Positions 40,756-50,511 of a stretch of 64,000 nucleotides of DNA are shown piece by piece. A program made the translations under genes and the position numbers. Source of the stretch: a bacterium (GTDB lineage: Bacteria; Bacteroidota; Bacteroidia; NS11-12g; UBA955); NCBI GenBank assembly GCA_029945665.1, contig JAQSCZ010000122.1:1868-65867 (forward strand). Direction: 5' to 3'. The notes beneath the pieces are model-generated. The model did no database searches. It was not told the origin of the DNA and worked only from the letters and a program-made list of their open reading frames with translations. Position 1 is the stretch's first letter, and each line of letters opens with the position of its first letter.

Positions 40756-41418
40756 TTAATCCTTTAAGAGATGGCTAAAAGACTTTCTAAGTTTACTAAC
40801 CTTTGGATCGATAACAGCTGTGCAGTAACTATTTTCTAGTCTGTTTTGGTTGTAATAATCTTGGTGATAATCTTCGGCATTATAATAAATTCCAAGCGGT
40901 TGAACTTCTGTAACAATTGGATTCTCAAATATTTTTTCTTCTGTTAATTTTTTTATGAATGCTTCTGCACTGTCTTTTTGTTGTGGACTATTGTAAAATA
41001 TAGCTGAGCGATATTGTGTACCTATATCATGGCCTTGTCTATTCAAGGTCGTTGGATCGTGCATGGTAAAAAATACAGTTAGTAAAGTATTGTAATCCAC
41101 GATGTCTGGATTGTAGATAATCTGAACAGCTTCGGCATGGCCTGTAAAACCAGTACAAATTTCCTTATAAGTAGGATCTTTTGTTTTACCTCCAGTATAT
41201 CCGCTAATAACAGTATCAACGCCCTTCAATCTGGCCATCGTTGTTTCAATGCACCAAAAACAGCCGCCTGCAAATGTGGCTGTATCCCTTTTTAAATTAC
41301 TATCATTCATATTTGTTCTATTGCTAACATTATTTGCTTTATTATTGTTTGTTTTGGCATTACAGGCCATTAAACAAAAAACCAAAAATAGGGATAGTGG
41401 CCATTGTAACTTTTTCAT
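40756..41418 (-). CDS. msrA: Peptide-methionine (S)-S-oxide reductase, lipoprotein
   Basis: GGCFWC, HDPTTLNRQG, QYRSAIF and AEDYHQDY motifs; lipobox LMAC. Confidence 0.96.
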   Translation of the reverse strand: MKKLQWPLSLFLVFCLMACNAKTNNNKANNVSNRTNMNDSNLKRDTATFAGGCFWCIETTMARLKGVDTVISGYTGGKTKDPTYKEICTGFTGHAEAVQIIYNPDIVDYNTLLTVFFTMHDPTTLNRQGHDIGTQYRSAIFYNSPQQKDSAEAFIKKLTEEKIFENPIVTEVQPLGIYYNAEDYHQDYYNQNRLENSYCTAVIDPKVSKLRKSFSHLLKD

Positions 41419-41456
41419 CTTTTATTTTAAACAGTATTGAATTACTTTTGTACTTT

Positions 41457-43883
41457 ATGTTAAAACAAAAATATTACTTATTGTTAATTATCAGTTCACT
41501 ATTATTGTTCAGTTGCAGCAAATTCACGACTAAACTTTCGGAAGATGAAAAAGAAGGACACCCAGGATATCAAGAACAATTGCTTTTTATTAAAACCAAC
41601 GGCACGAATGTAATGCCGGATTTATCACATTATAATTGGGTGCCAAATTCAATAAAGAGATCCACCTCAGGGGCATTACTTAATTTATCAGAACTAGGTC
41701 CTAATAACGTTGGTGGCAGAACCCGCGGAATGATTACAGACATTAGCAATCCAAATAGAATTGTTGCAGGTGGGGCATCCGGTGGTGTATTTGTATCTGA
41801 TAACAAAGGATCCAGTTGGCGTGCGATCAACGACCAACAATTAAATCCAAGTGTCACCGGAATGGACCAAAATCCATTTCTTCCCAATGTTATATACTAC
41901 TGTACAGGCGAAGGCAGTGGAAACAGTGCTGATATATTAGGTGCGGGTATATTTAAATCTACCGATGGTGGTAATACTTTTTCGCAACTAAGTGCTACCA
42001 ATAATACCAATTTTAATGTTTGTTGGAGTATAAAATGCTCCCCAAAAGACACCAATGTGTTATATGTTTCGACAGGAAGAGCAGGTGTTTGGCGTAGTGA
42101 TGATGCAGGCAGTACTTTTACAAAGGTATTTGCCTCTACTATTGAAATTAATGACCTTGAAGTATTGCCAAATGGCAGTGTTTTATTTGCTGTTAAAGGT
42201 GGTGGGGTTTATAGATCTTCAAATGGCGACTTAGGCACATTTACTAAAATAAATTCAATTAACTCCGCTTCAACAGCGCGAGGTGAACTAGCCTATTGCA
42301 AAGAATACCCAAATGTTGTTTATGCCGCAATTTCAGGCGTCGACAATGGTTACTCGGGTGTTTTAAATCAGTTTTATAAATCAAGTGACAGTGGTAAAAC
42401 TTTTACCCCCAGAAATAATCCTAACGGCATAGTTAAATTTAGTTTTACATGGTATTGTTTAACCATGTCTGTCAAATCAGATGATAGCAATAGTATTTTC
42501 ATTGCTTCTTTAGATGCTGGTTATAGTAGAAATGGAGGCAATAGTTGGAACAAGGCTAATATCATTCACTCCGACCACCATGCCGCACAAAATATGAATG
42601 ATTCAGAATTATTGGTTGGCAGTGATGGAGGTATCTGTATTTATAAATGGAACGATTTTTCAAAATTTAAGTCTTTAAACAATGGCTATAATGTAACACA
42701 ATTTTATTCTGGTGCTGTATCACCTTTTAGCAATAATATCATGGGAGGTTGCCAAGACAATGGCACTAACGAAAGCACTGGAAATGACAGCGCATTTAAT
42801 AATATCTTTGGAGGGGATGGAGCTTACACATTCTATCACAATGCATTGGAAGACACAAAATACTTATCCTATCAAAATGGTGTTGTCATAAGACGAGAAG
42901 GTTTAGTTGATAATAATATTAGTAATAAACTTCCCTCGGGCAGCACGGGCATTTGGTTCATTCAGCCCTATGATGTAAGTGAATATAACAGCGATTGGGT
43001 GATTTATCCAGCAGGTTTAAATTTATTAATTAGCAACAATAGCGGCAATAATTTCACCAAGCTAGGAAATATATCAAATGGAAAATTATTCGCATCTAAT
43101 TCTTCCTATGATGGCAACCCCGCTGTATATGCTGGCGGTAGTAATTGCCTTATGGGATTTGACTCTATGCTTAATACATCTCCAAAATTAATCAACTACT
43201 TATCAAAACTTCCAAATGCAATAAAGAGTTCATTTTGTAACAGTATAAAGGTCATTCCAGGTTACCGAGACCGTGTTTATTTGGCCTATAGTAATATCAA
43301 TGATTCTGGTAGATTATACAAAGGCTTTGATATGCTTTCGGGTAACCCAAAATTCAAAAATATTAGTGGAAATTTACCAAAAGGCTTACCAGTAAATTGG
43401 GTGGAATGCGACCCTGTAAATCCTGAAAGAGTAATATTTGCTGGCACTGACTTTGGATTATACGTGAGTGAAGACAGTGGTACAACTTGGATTAAAGATA
43501 CCAGAATACCTAATGTGGTAGTAAGCAGTATCAAAGTAAGTGTCAATAAAAAAGATATTTATTTCTTTACCCATGGCCGTGGTGTTTTCAAGGCTACTAT
43601 TAAAAATAATTACAATGTTGGTTTAAATAAAACAAACTCAACTGCAAGATTATTTCAAATATTCCCAGTACCTGCTTCGAATCTGCTAAATATTGAGCTC
43701 AATTCAAACCTTAAAGATGCTAACTTCAGTATTTATACAATGCTGGGTGAAATCGTAGCAAAAGGGGAATTAGTGTCAGGTATTAATAGCGTTGATATTG
43801 ATGAATTAAAAAGTGGTAATTATATTATTCTTATAGAAAAGGACGGGAAATCAGAAAGCACTGCATTCAATGTAAATAAGTAA
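41457..43883 (+). CDS. BNR/Asp-box beta-propeller protein with T9SS type A C-terminal domain
   Basis: GPNNVGGRTR, repeated SxDxGxTW/F Asp-boxes, THGRG, and C-terminal IFPVPA...GNYII; start moved to ATG 41457 after TACTTTTG. Confidence 0.88.
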   Translation: MLKQKYYLLLIISSLLLFSCSKFTTKLSEDEKEGHPGYQEQLLFIKTNGTNVMPDLSHYNWVPNSIKRSTSGALLNLSELGPNNVGGRTRGMITDISNPNRIVAGGASGGVFVSDNKGSSWRAINDQQLNPSVTGMDQNPFLPNVIYYCTGEGSGNSADILGAGIFKSTDGGNTFSQLSATNNTNFNVCWSIKCSPKDTNVLYVSTGRAGVWRSDDAGSTFTKVFASTIEINDLEVLPNGSVLFAVKGGGVYRSSNGDLGTFTKINSINSASTARGELAYCKEYPNVVYAAISGVDNGYSGVLNQFYKSSDSGKTFTPRNNPNGIVKFSFTWYCLTMSVKSDDSNSIFIASLDAGYSRNGGNSWNKANIIHSDHHAAQNMNDSELLVGSDGGICIYKWNDFSKFKSLNNGYNVTQFYSGAVSPFSNNIMGGCQDNGTNESTGNDSAFNNIFGGDGAYTFYHNALEDTKYLSYQNGVVIRREGLVDNNISNKLPSGSTGIWFIQPYDVSEYNSDWVIYPAGLNLLISNNSGNNFTKLGNISNGKLFASNSSYDGNPAVYAGGSNCLMGFDSMLNTSPKLINYLSKLPNAIKSSFCNSIKVIPGYRDRVYLAYSNINDSGRLYKGFDMLSGNPKFKNISGNLPKGLPVNWVECDPVNPERVIFAGTDFGLYVSEDSGTTWIKDTRIPNVVVSSIKVSVNKKDIYFFTHGRGVFKATIKNNYNVGLNKTNSTARLFQIFPVPASNLLNIELNSNLKDANFSIYTMLGEIVAKGELVSGINSVDIDELKSGNYIILIEKDGKSESTAFNVNK

Positions 43884-44552
43884 ATGTCATCCCATCATAT
43901 AGTAAGAGAAGGTCAGGAGCCTGCATTAATCATAGCAAATGGTAGTGCATGTACAATTGAATTGCTCAACCAACTATTAGAATGGAGCCCTTTTATTATA
44001 GTACTTGATGGTGCCCTAAACCGGGTGTTAGATCTGGGTATTAAATTCGATGTTGCTTTGGGCGATTTTGATGGTTTCAATGAAGACCAAATACGTGATT
44101 TAATTCCACCTGATACAGCCATAGAACACACACCCGACCAGAATAAAACAGACCTTGAAAAAGGCATTGAGTTCCTAATCGCAAAGGGCATGGAAGCTGT
44201 AAATATTGTATGGGCTACAGGTAAAAGAAGTGACCATTATCTTAACAATATTGGCACAATTGCAAGATATCATAAACAAATTAAAATGGTCATGTTAGAC
44301 GATTATTCTCGTATTTACGCTATCGATTCGGGCTTTAAAAAACACAAGAACAAAGGTGATAATTTCTCTTTGATTCCTTTAAATGAGGTTAAAAATATTA
44401 AAACAACCAATCTTGACTGGAACTTAAGCAATTCCGATTTAAATTTCCCCTATTCCACTAGCAGTAGCAACAAAGTTTCAAATACAGATTTCGTCAGTAT
44501 CTCTTTCGATTCAGGTTTCTTATTAGCCATGGAATGCAATGATTTGGACTAA
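43884..44552 (+). CDS. thiN: Thiamine diphosphokinase
   Basis: MSSHHIVRE (Bacteroidota type), GDFD, DQNKTDLEK, GKRSDH and SSSN motifs. Confidence 0.92.
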   Translation: MSSHHIVREGQEPALIIANGSACTIELLNQLLEWSPFIIVLDGALNRVLDLGIKFDVALGDFDGFNEDQIRDLIPPDTAIEHTPDQNKTDLEKGIEFLIAKGMEAVNIVWATGKRSDHYLNNIGTIARYHKQIKMVMLDDYSRIYAIDSGFKKHKNKGDNFSLIPLNEVKNIKTTNLDWNLSNSDLNFPYSTSSSNKVSNTDFVSISFDSGFLLAMECNDLD

Positions 44553-46317
44553 ACTTAAAAATAATTGGCCTCTGCTAATATTGCTCATTTTGCATGGTGC
44601 ATTGCTTTTTTATGACTACAATAGTATTCCTTTTTCGCATGATGAATTAAGCGCTATTGACAGGTGTCGATTTACTTCTTTCTCCGAACTCATTAATTTA
44701 GGCGTAATGCCTGATGGACATCCAGCTGGGATACAAATATTACTATATCTTTTAATAAATAACTTCGGGGTTCATGAATGGATCTTAAAATTACCGTTTG
44801 TGTTGGCAGGTATTGGCAGTCTCTATTTTATTTATAAAATCAGCGCCTCCTTATTCAATCGCTACGCAGCTATTACTGCTAGTATTTTCTTTATATTCCA
44901 AAGCTATTATTTAAGTCAGATAGTCGTTGCAAGACCCTATAGCATAGGCCTTTTGCTAAGCTTAGGGGTTGTTTTTATAGGTCTAAAAATTAAAACAAAT
45001 CCAAGCTACCGAACCAACTATTTAATACTTTTTCTATTCGCAATTGGGTCTTTTTATTCACATTACTTTAGTTTTTTGCAAACCATCATTTCAATTGGTA
45101 TCTTTTATGCTTTTTATAGCGAGCGTTTGAACAACCGCTATTTTTACTTGGCTGTTTCAGCTGCAATCATTGGCTTTTTACCACATGGCTTGATTACATT
45201 ACAACAATTGGGAATGGGCGGTTTAGAGTGGCTGGGCAAACCCTCTCCTGATTTCTTCGCAAGTTTCTTTTATAATTTTTACAACAGCAGTTATATCCTC
45301 TTAATGACTGGAATTGGTTTGTTTGTCTTTAGTTTTTTTGTAAAAAGTAGGAGTAAAAAAACGAAACCCATATTACTTATATTATTTCTTTTACCCGTTG
45401 CAATTTTATACGCCTATTCCATTGTACGAGCACCGGTTCTGCAAGGTCCTGCTTTATTTTTCTGCACCCCCTACCTCTTAATATTTTCAGGCAATGGTAT
45501 TAATTATTTTAACAAATATTTTAAACTGATAGGTATAATCGCCCTTGCATTGTTTCAAGGATACACACTCATTATTAGCAATCAATTTTACAGCTTAAGA
45601 AACTACCAACCCATTGAAAAATTTGTAATCCAATCCGAGGAAAATTTAAAAAATAACGGAACAAATAAAAGTTTGGTACTATGGTCGGGTAATTCGCATT
45701 ATATAGCCTATTACCTACAGAAATATAATTTTAAAAACAGGATTATTACAACGGATACGCTTAAGGATATTAAGCAAATTGATTGGAGAAGATATGACGC
45801 TATAATTTGCAATCAATTGCCTCCAAATATCTTCTATGCGTTAAAAGACAGTTTCCCTTTCGTTCAATCTTGTGAAAATAACTTATTGTATACTTGTATG
45901 GTGCTAACACGCAAGTCAGGAAATAGAGCACTATACAAAGTGCCGCCTATCAAACTAAAATTTACCATTGATAGCGCTAAAGAATGGAGTAAAGTTTCAT
46001 ACCTTTATAAATTGGATTCCATTATTGATAATGCGAATTATTTTATAGAATTTAAACCACTTCTTGATTCAAGTATTCGGGGTGCTGAATTGGTTTTAGA
46101 AACTTATAGAGGTGAAGAAATCATAGACTGGCGTTCGGTCTATTTAGAACCAGAGAATCTTTTGTCATTGAAAGTTAAAGATGTGATTAAAGACTTTAAT
46201 AATAATATAAAAATTAAGCTGTATATTTGGAATAGCACCAAAATATCCACAAAACCAATAGAGGTAATGATGCTAATTAGAGAAGACAATCCCTCGGAAT
46301 ATATTTTTAAACCTTAG
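44539..46317 (+). CDS. GT-C (family 39/83-like) membrane glycosyltransferase
   Basis: HDELS, DGHP, ARPYS and HYF motifs; multi-pass membrane protein. Confidence 0.8.
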   Translation: MIWTKLKNNWPLLILLILHGALLFYDYNSIPFSHDELSAIDRCRFTSFSELINLGVMPDGHPAGIQILLYLLINNFGVHEWILKLPFVLAGIGSLYFIYKISASLFNRYAAITASIFFIFQSYYLSQIVVARPYSIGLLLSLGVVFIGLKIKTNPSYRTNYLILFLFAIGSFYSHYFSFLQTIISIGIFYAFYSERLNNRYFYLAVSAAIIGFLPHGLITLQQLGMGGLEWLGKPSPDFFASFFYNFYNSSYILLMTGIGLFVFSFFVKSRSKKTKPILLILFLLPVAILYAYSIVRAPVLQGPALFFCTPYLLIFSGNGINYFNKYFKLIGIIALALFQGYTLIISNQFYSLRNYQPIEKFVIQSEENLKNNGTNKSLVLWSGNSHYIAYYLQKYNFKNRIITTDTLKDIKQIDWRRYDAIICNQLPPNIFYALKDSFPFVQSCENNLLYTCMVLTRKSGNRALYKVPPIKLKFTIDSAKEWSKVSYLYKLDSIIDNANYFIEFKPLLDSSIRGAELVLETYRGEEIIDWRSVYLEPENLLSLKVKDVIKDFNNNIKIKLYIWNSTKISTKPIEVMMLIREDNPSEYIFKP

Positions 46318-47288
46318 CTTATAGGACCAGTTAACACATCGAACAATCGTTTATGAAAATAAAGTTTTTCTCTACCAGATTTTTTCTCAATTAACAATCC
46401 CATGCTTTCCAAATGTTTTAAATAGGTGGACGCTGTTTGTCTATGACAATTCATGACTTTTAATAAATCTGCCGCTTTGATAAATGGCTTTTCGAATAAC
46501 AGAACCATCAGTTCGTTGGCCGGCAGTGGATACAAGGTGTACTTATAGAGCATTTCGTGGGTTGATTTTTTCAAATTATTCAAGTCTGTTATTTGCTTTT
46601 GAGCTGCAAGCGCAGCCTCTTGCACAGTGCTTAAAAAGAAAAGAACCCAGCCCTGTAAGTCGTCATTTTCGAATGCATTGTGCAATAACTGATCGGCTGT
46701 TTTTAAATTACTTTTAATCGCAAACGACAACGGCAATAATGGCCATTCTAACAAGCCTTGTTCTTTCATCCAATGATTAAAAATGGTATTGGCTAAAAAG
46801 ACTTGATATTTTAATTCCTCTTTTTGTATGGCAATAAAACCATGTAACAAAGCCATGTATAGCAGGGCATCAGGAGCGGTATTTAATTCTAAATAACTGT
46901 TAATCTCTTTTTTTAATAAAGGTAATTGTACCTTTTTGCGTTTACTTTTTTGAACGAAAGGAAAATTCAAACTGAGTACATTGGCATTCACTTGTTTCAA
47001 ATTCTGACCGATATTTGCCATTTCAAAAATAAGTTGAGCAGTGCTATCATTCAGTTGATTTTCGGAAGCATTGGCTTCGAACACTCTTATGGCTGCTAAA
47101 TTGAACCCATCCATCTCCATAGCACTCCTGGCTTCGCTTATAAATAGCAGATTCAATTCCTCATTGGTCCACTCATTTTTAACCGCTTTTATATAGCCAT
47201 TCAACTCCGAAATGGCTTTCCATGTTTCGGTAAGTGCTTTTAAAATGAGATAACTTTCGGCAATTCTATATTCTGATAATTTTTTAAT
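46314..47288 (-). CDS. Degenerate Fic-family protein with C-terminal winged HTH; probable ATT start
   Basis: Fic_N-like ILKALTETWKAISELNG...EARSAMEMDG; the HPFxDGNGR loop is absent; C-terminal HRQTASTYLKHLESMGLL...GREKLY. The frame is open upstream of TTG 47204 to ATT 47288. Confidence 0.75.
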   Translation of the reverse strand: MKKLSEYRIAESYLILKALTETWKAISELNGYIKAVKNEWTNEELNLLFISEARSAMEMDGFNLAAIRVFEANASENQLNDSTAQLIFEMANIGQNLKQVNANVLSLNFPFVQKSKRKKVQLPLLKKEINSYLELNTAPDALLYMALLHGFIAIQKEELKYQVFLANTIFNHWMKEQGLLEWPLLPLSFAIKSNLKTADQLLHNAFENDDLQGWVLFFLSTVQEAALAAQKQITDLNNLKKSTHEMLYKYTLYPLPANELMVLLFEKPFIKAADLLKVMNCHRQTASTYLKHLESMGLLIEKKSGREKLYFHKRLFDVLTGPIS

Positions 47289-47306
47289 TTTGGACTAATT
47301 TTAAGC

Positions 47307-47343
47307 AAATATGTCGAAATATTTTTATTTTTTCAACATATTT
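47307..47343. promoter_or_regulatory. Operator-like inverted repeat between the Fic-HTH gene and glutamine synthetase
   Basis: aaatatgtcgaaa-N11-tttcaacatattt (12 of 13 complementary). Confidence 0.55.
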
Positions 47344-47429
47344 AAAATTTATTACAAACTTTACTCATTTTATTTGCAGTATAGAAGCCTCAGTTTAATC
47401 CTATTTATTTTACTTTTGTACCAATAAAA

Positions 47430-49601
47430 ATGAACACAACCATGGGTGCATCCATTCAACAACAAAACGCTTTAAGAAAGAACATGAAACAAATTTCAGA
47501 GTATTTCGGAGAAAACATTTTCGGGCCACAAGCCATGACCGAATTTGTTAGTAAAGAAGCCATTAAGGCCGTTACTGAATCTAGAAATACTGGCAAACCG
47601 ATGGACCGCAAGATGGCTGATCAAATTGCCGAGGGCATGAAAAATTGGGCCATTAGTAAGGGAGCTACGCATTACACCCATTGGTTTCAACCCTTGAGAG
47701 GATCCACTGCAGAGAAACACGATGCATTTTTCGATCCAACAGGCATCGATACAGGCATGGAATCATTCTCAGGTAAATCATTGGTGCAACAAGAACCCGA
47801 TGCTTCAAGCTTTCCTAATGGGGGTATTCGCAATACTTTCGAAGCCAGAGGTTACAGTGCTTGGGACCCATCCTCGCCTGCATTTATTATGGAAAAAGCA
47901 AGTGGTAAAACCCTTTGTATACCTACTGTTTTTGTTGCCTATACAGGCGAAGCTTTAGATTATAAAGCACCATTAATTAAATCAACTAATTTTTTAACTA
48001 AAACAAGTACGGATGTTTGCCAATATTTTGATACCAAAGTAAAGAACACGAAAGTGTCTTTAGGTATTGAGCAAGAATACTTTTTGGTAGATGCCGAACT
48101 CTATAATCAACGTCCTGATTTGGTGTTTGCAGGCCGAACACTTATGGGCAATATGCCAGCCAAAGGTCAGCAATTAGAAGACCATTACTTTGGCAGCATA
48201 CCAGATAGAGTTTACAATTATATGACCGATTTCGAGCAAGAGGCTTTTAAGTTGGGTATTCCTTTAAAAACTAGACATAATGAGGTTGCTCCAGGTCAGT
48301 TTGAATGTGCTCCAATGTTTGAAGAAGCTGATATTGCAATAGACCATAATTCTTTGTTAATGGATGTCATGCAGAATGTAGCCAACAGACATAATTTAAA
48401 AGTACTTTGGCATGAGAAACCTTTTAAAGGTGTAAACGGTTCAGGTAAACACAACAACTGGTCGATAGTAACCGATACCGGGGTTAATTTATTATCTCCT
48501 GGCCATAGCCCACAAGATAATTTGCAGTTCTTAACTTTCTTTATCAATACCATTAAAGCGGTACACGACCACGATGATTTATTAAGAGCCAGTATTGCCA
48601 CTGCTGCCAACGACCATAGATTGGGTGCTAACGAGGCACCTCCGGCTATTATGTCAGTATTTATTGGTAGCACACTTACACAAGTACTAAATCAGTTTGA
48701 GAGTGCAATTGCAAGCAAGAAACCAAGTAAAGTAAGCGAGAAAACAATCAGTGTTTACCGTATTCCTGAAATTTTATTAGACAATACAGATAGAAACAGA
48801 ACCTCTCCTTTTGCATTTACAGGTAATAAATTTGAGTTCAGAGCCGTTGGTTCAAGCGATCATTGCGCCAATGCTATTATTGTTTTAAATACTATTGTTG
48901 CCAACCAATTGGCCCAATTTAAAAAAGAGGTTGATGCCCTTATTAAAAAGAAAGTTAATAAAACCGAAGCTATTGAACAGATATTGAGAGGCTATGTAAA
49001 ATCAACGAAACGCATATTATTCGAAGGCAATGGCTACGGCGATGCCTGGGTAAAAGAGGCGGCAAAACGCGGTTTAAAAAATGTTAAAACTGCCCCTTAT
49101 GCATTAGATGCTTACAATACCAAAAAGACGCACGATTTATTCATAGACAATAATATTTTTACACCTAGAGAATTAGAAGCAAGAACAGAAATTAAGTTTG
49201 AAAACTACTTGTTGAAAGTGCAGATAGAAGGCCGAATTTTAGGTGAGTTGGTTAAGAACTACGTCATTCCATCAGCAGTAAATTATCAGAAAAGTTTGGT
49301 AGATGCTATAGAAGGTTTAACCAGAATAGGACAAGCCAAATCGGCCACCAAATCTTTGCAAGAAATAGCCCGTGAAATTTCTGAAAACCTAAATGCAATA
49401 TGGGAAAACAATGCAAAGATGACAGAAGAACGCAAGAAAGCCAATAACTTGGCACATGCAGATAAAAGAGCCAAGGCTTATTGCGATAAGGTAAAACCCT
49501 ATTTCGAAAAAATAAGAGAGAGTGCAGATAAACTTGAGGAATTGATAGACAATGATTCTTGGAAACTGCCTAAGTACAGAGATTTGTTGTTCTTTAAATA
49601 A
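47430..49601 (+). CDS. glnA: Glutamine synthetase type III
   Basis: THWFQP, EPDASSFP, HNEVAP, HEKPFKGVNGSGKH, HRLGANEAPP, DRNRTSPFAF and EFRAVG motifs; 723 aa. Confidence 0.96.
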   Translation: MNTTMGASIQQQNALRKNMKQISEYFGENIFGPQAMTEFVSKEAIKAVTESRNTGKPMDRKMADQIAEGMKNWAISKGATHYTHWFQPLRGSTAEKHDAFFDPTGIDTGMESFSGKSLVQQEPDASSFPNGGIRNTFEARGYSAWDPSSPAFIMEKASGKTLCIPTVFVAYTGEALDYKAPLIKSTNFLTKTSTDVCQYFDTKVKNTKVSLGIEQEYFLVDAELYNQRPDLVFAGRTLMGNMPAKGQQLEDHYFGSIPDRVYNYMTDFEQEAFKLGIPLKTRHNEVAPGQFECAPMFEEADIAIDHNSLLMDVMQNVANRHNLKVLWHEKPFKGVNGSGKHNNWSIVTDTGVNLLSPGHSPQDNLQFLTFFINTIKAVHDHDDLLRASIATAANDHRLGANEAPPAIMSVFIGSTLTQVLNQFESAIASKKPSKVSEKTISVYRIPEILLDNTDRNRTSPFAFTGNKFEFRAVGSSDHCANAIIVLNTIVANQLAQFKKEVDALIKKKVNKTEAIEQILRGYVKSTKRILFEGNGYGDAWVKEAAKRGLKNVKTAPYALDAYNTKKTHDLFIDNNIFTPRELEARTEIKFENYLLKVQIEGRILGELVKNYVIPSAVNYQKSLVDAIEGLTRIGQAKSATKSLQEIAREISENLNAIWENNAKMTEERKKANNLAHADKRAKAYCDKVKPYFEKIRESADKLEELIDNDSWKLPKYRDLLFFK

Positions 49602-49676
49602 GCAACCTATCCCCTCAAACCCTTTGCGAAGGAATTTGAAATTAGATTCATGTAAACAATACTACTTGTACTATTT

Positions 49677-49712
49677 ATTAAAAACCCTTTCTGATATGAA
49701 AGGGTTTTTAAT
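49677..49712. terminator. Intrinsic (likely bidirectional) terminator after glutamine synthetase
   Basis: Perfect 15-bp stem attaaaaaccctttc-tgatat-gaaagggtttttaat. Confidence 0.85.
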
Positions 49713-49908
49713 TTTAACAATAGGAGAAAAGAATTTATTGTTTGGTTTAGGAATTCCCTTTTGTGACTTTTGTGTTTAAAGGTTTCCGGCATTTATTCCA
49801 CTTTGCTTTGAGCTCTCTTATAAATTATAAAAGGGAGCCTGCACCTTGCAAACTCCATTTCCATTGTTTCATTGCTTTAATTGTAAAACAAGTGCTAAAA
49901 TCTTAGCA

Positions 49909-50295
49909 TTAATTTTCGGAATGGTAAAAGAATTGTTCCGAAACAATTTTACCTTCCTCTACTTCGTAAACAGCAATTTCATCCATTTTCATCCTGCCTT
50001 GTTCTTTAACTGTAACATCCATACCCATGGCTACTGTAAAGTAATTACCGGCCACTAGTGGCTGCGAGCAAAAGCCATCGTGCATTTGTTCAACCTTTTG
50101 TTGCCAGGTTTTAGCTTTCTCTTGAATCTTAACAAGTCCTTGAACCGATTCGAAATCTGAATCTTCGGGCTCAATACTAATGGCAGTATCGCTAAATAAT
50201 TCGGATTGAATAAGATCGTACTGTCCTTGTTGGGCAAGTTCGTAAAATCTGTTTGCCACTTCTTGAGTGGAACGGGTGGTGGTTTGGGTGGTCAT
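49909..50295 (-). CDS. SnoaL-like / NTF2 family protein
   Basis: EVANRFYELAQQG...MDEIAVYEVEEGKIVSEQFFY. Confidence 0.88.
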   Translation of the reverse strand: MTTQTTTRSTQEVANRFYELAQQGQYDLIQSELFSDTAISIEPEDSDFESVQGLVKIQEKAKTWQQKVEQMHDGFCSQPLVAGNYFTVAMGMDVTVKEQGRMKMDEIAVYEVEEGKIVSEQFFYHSEN

Positions 50296-50511
50296 AATAC
50301 TATTTATTTATATGGTTAATAATGTATCGAAATTACCGGGGTTATTTAAAGCCGAGATGCTTTTGAGGTTATGAATTGATTATTTAATTACTGCTTTAAA
50401 ATGAAGCTAATATTTAGCTACCATGTAATACCCAAGGCGGGCGCTTTCTATTATAATAACTTAAAGCAAATGCTTTGTTATTTGCCTTATTAAGGGTTAG
50501 TTTGTATTGTT

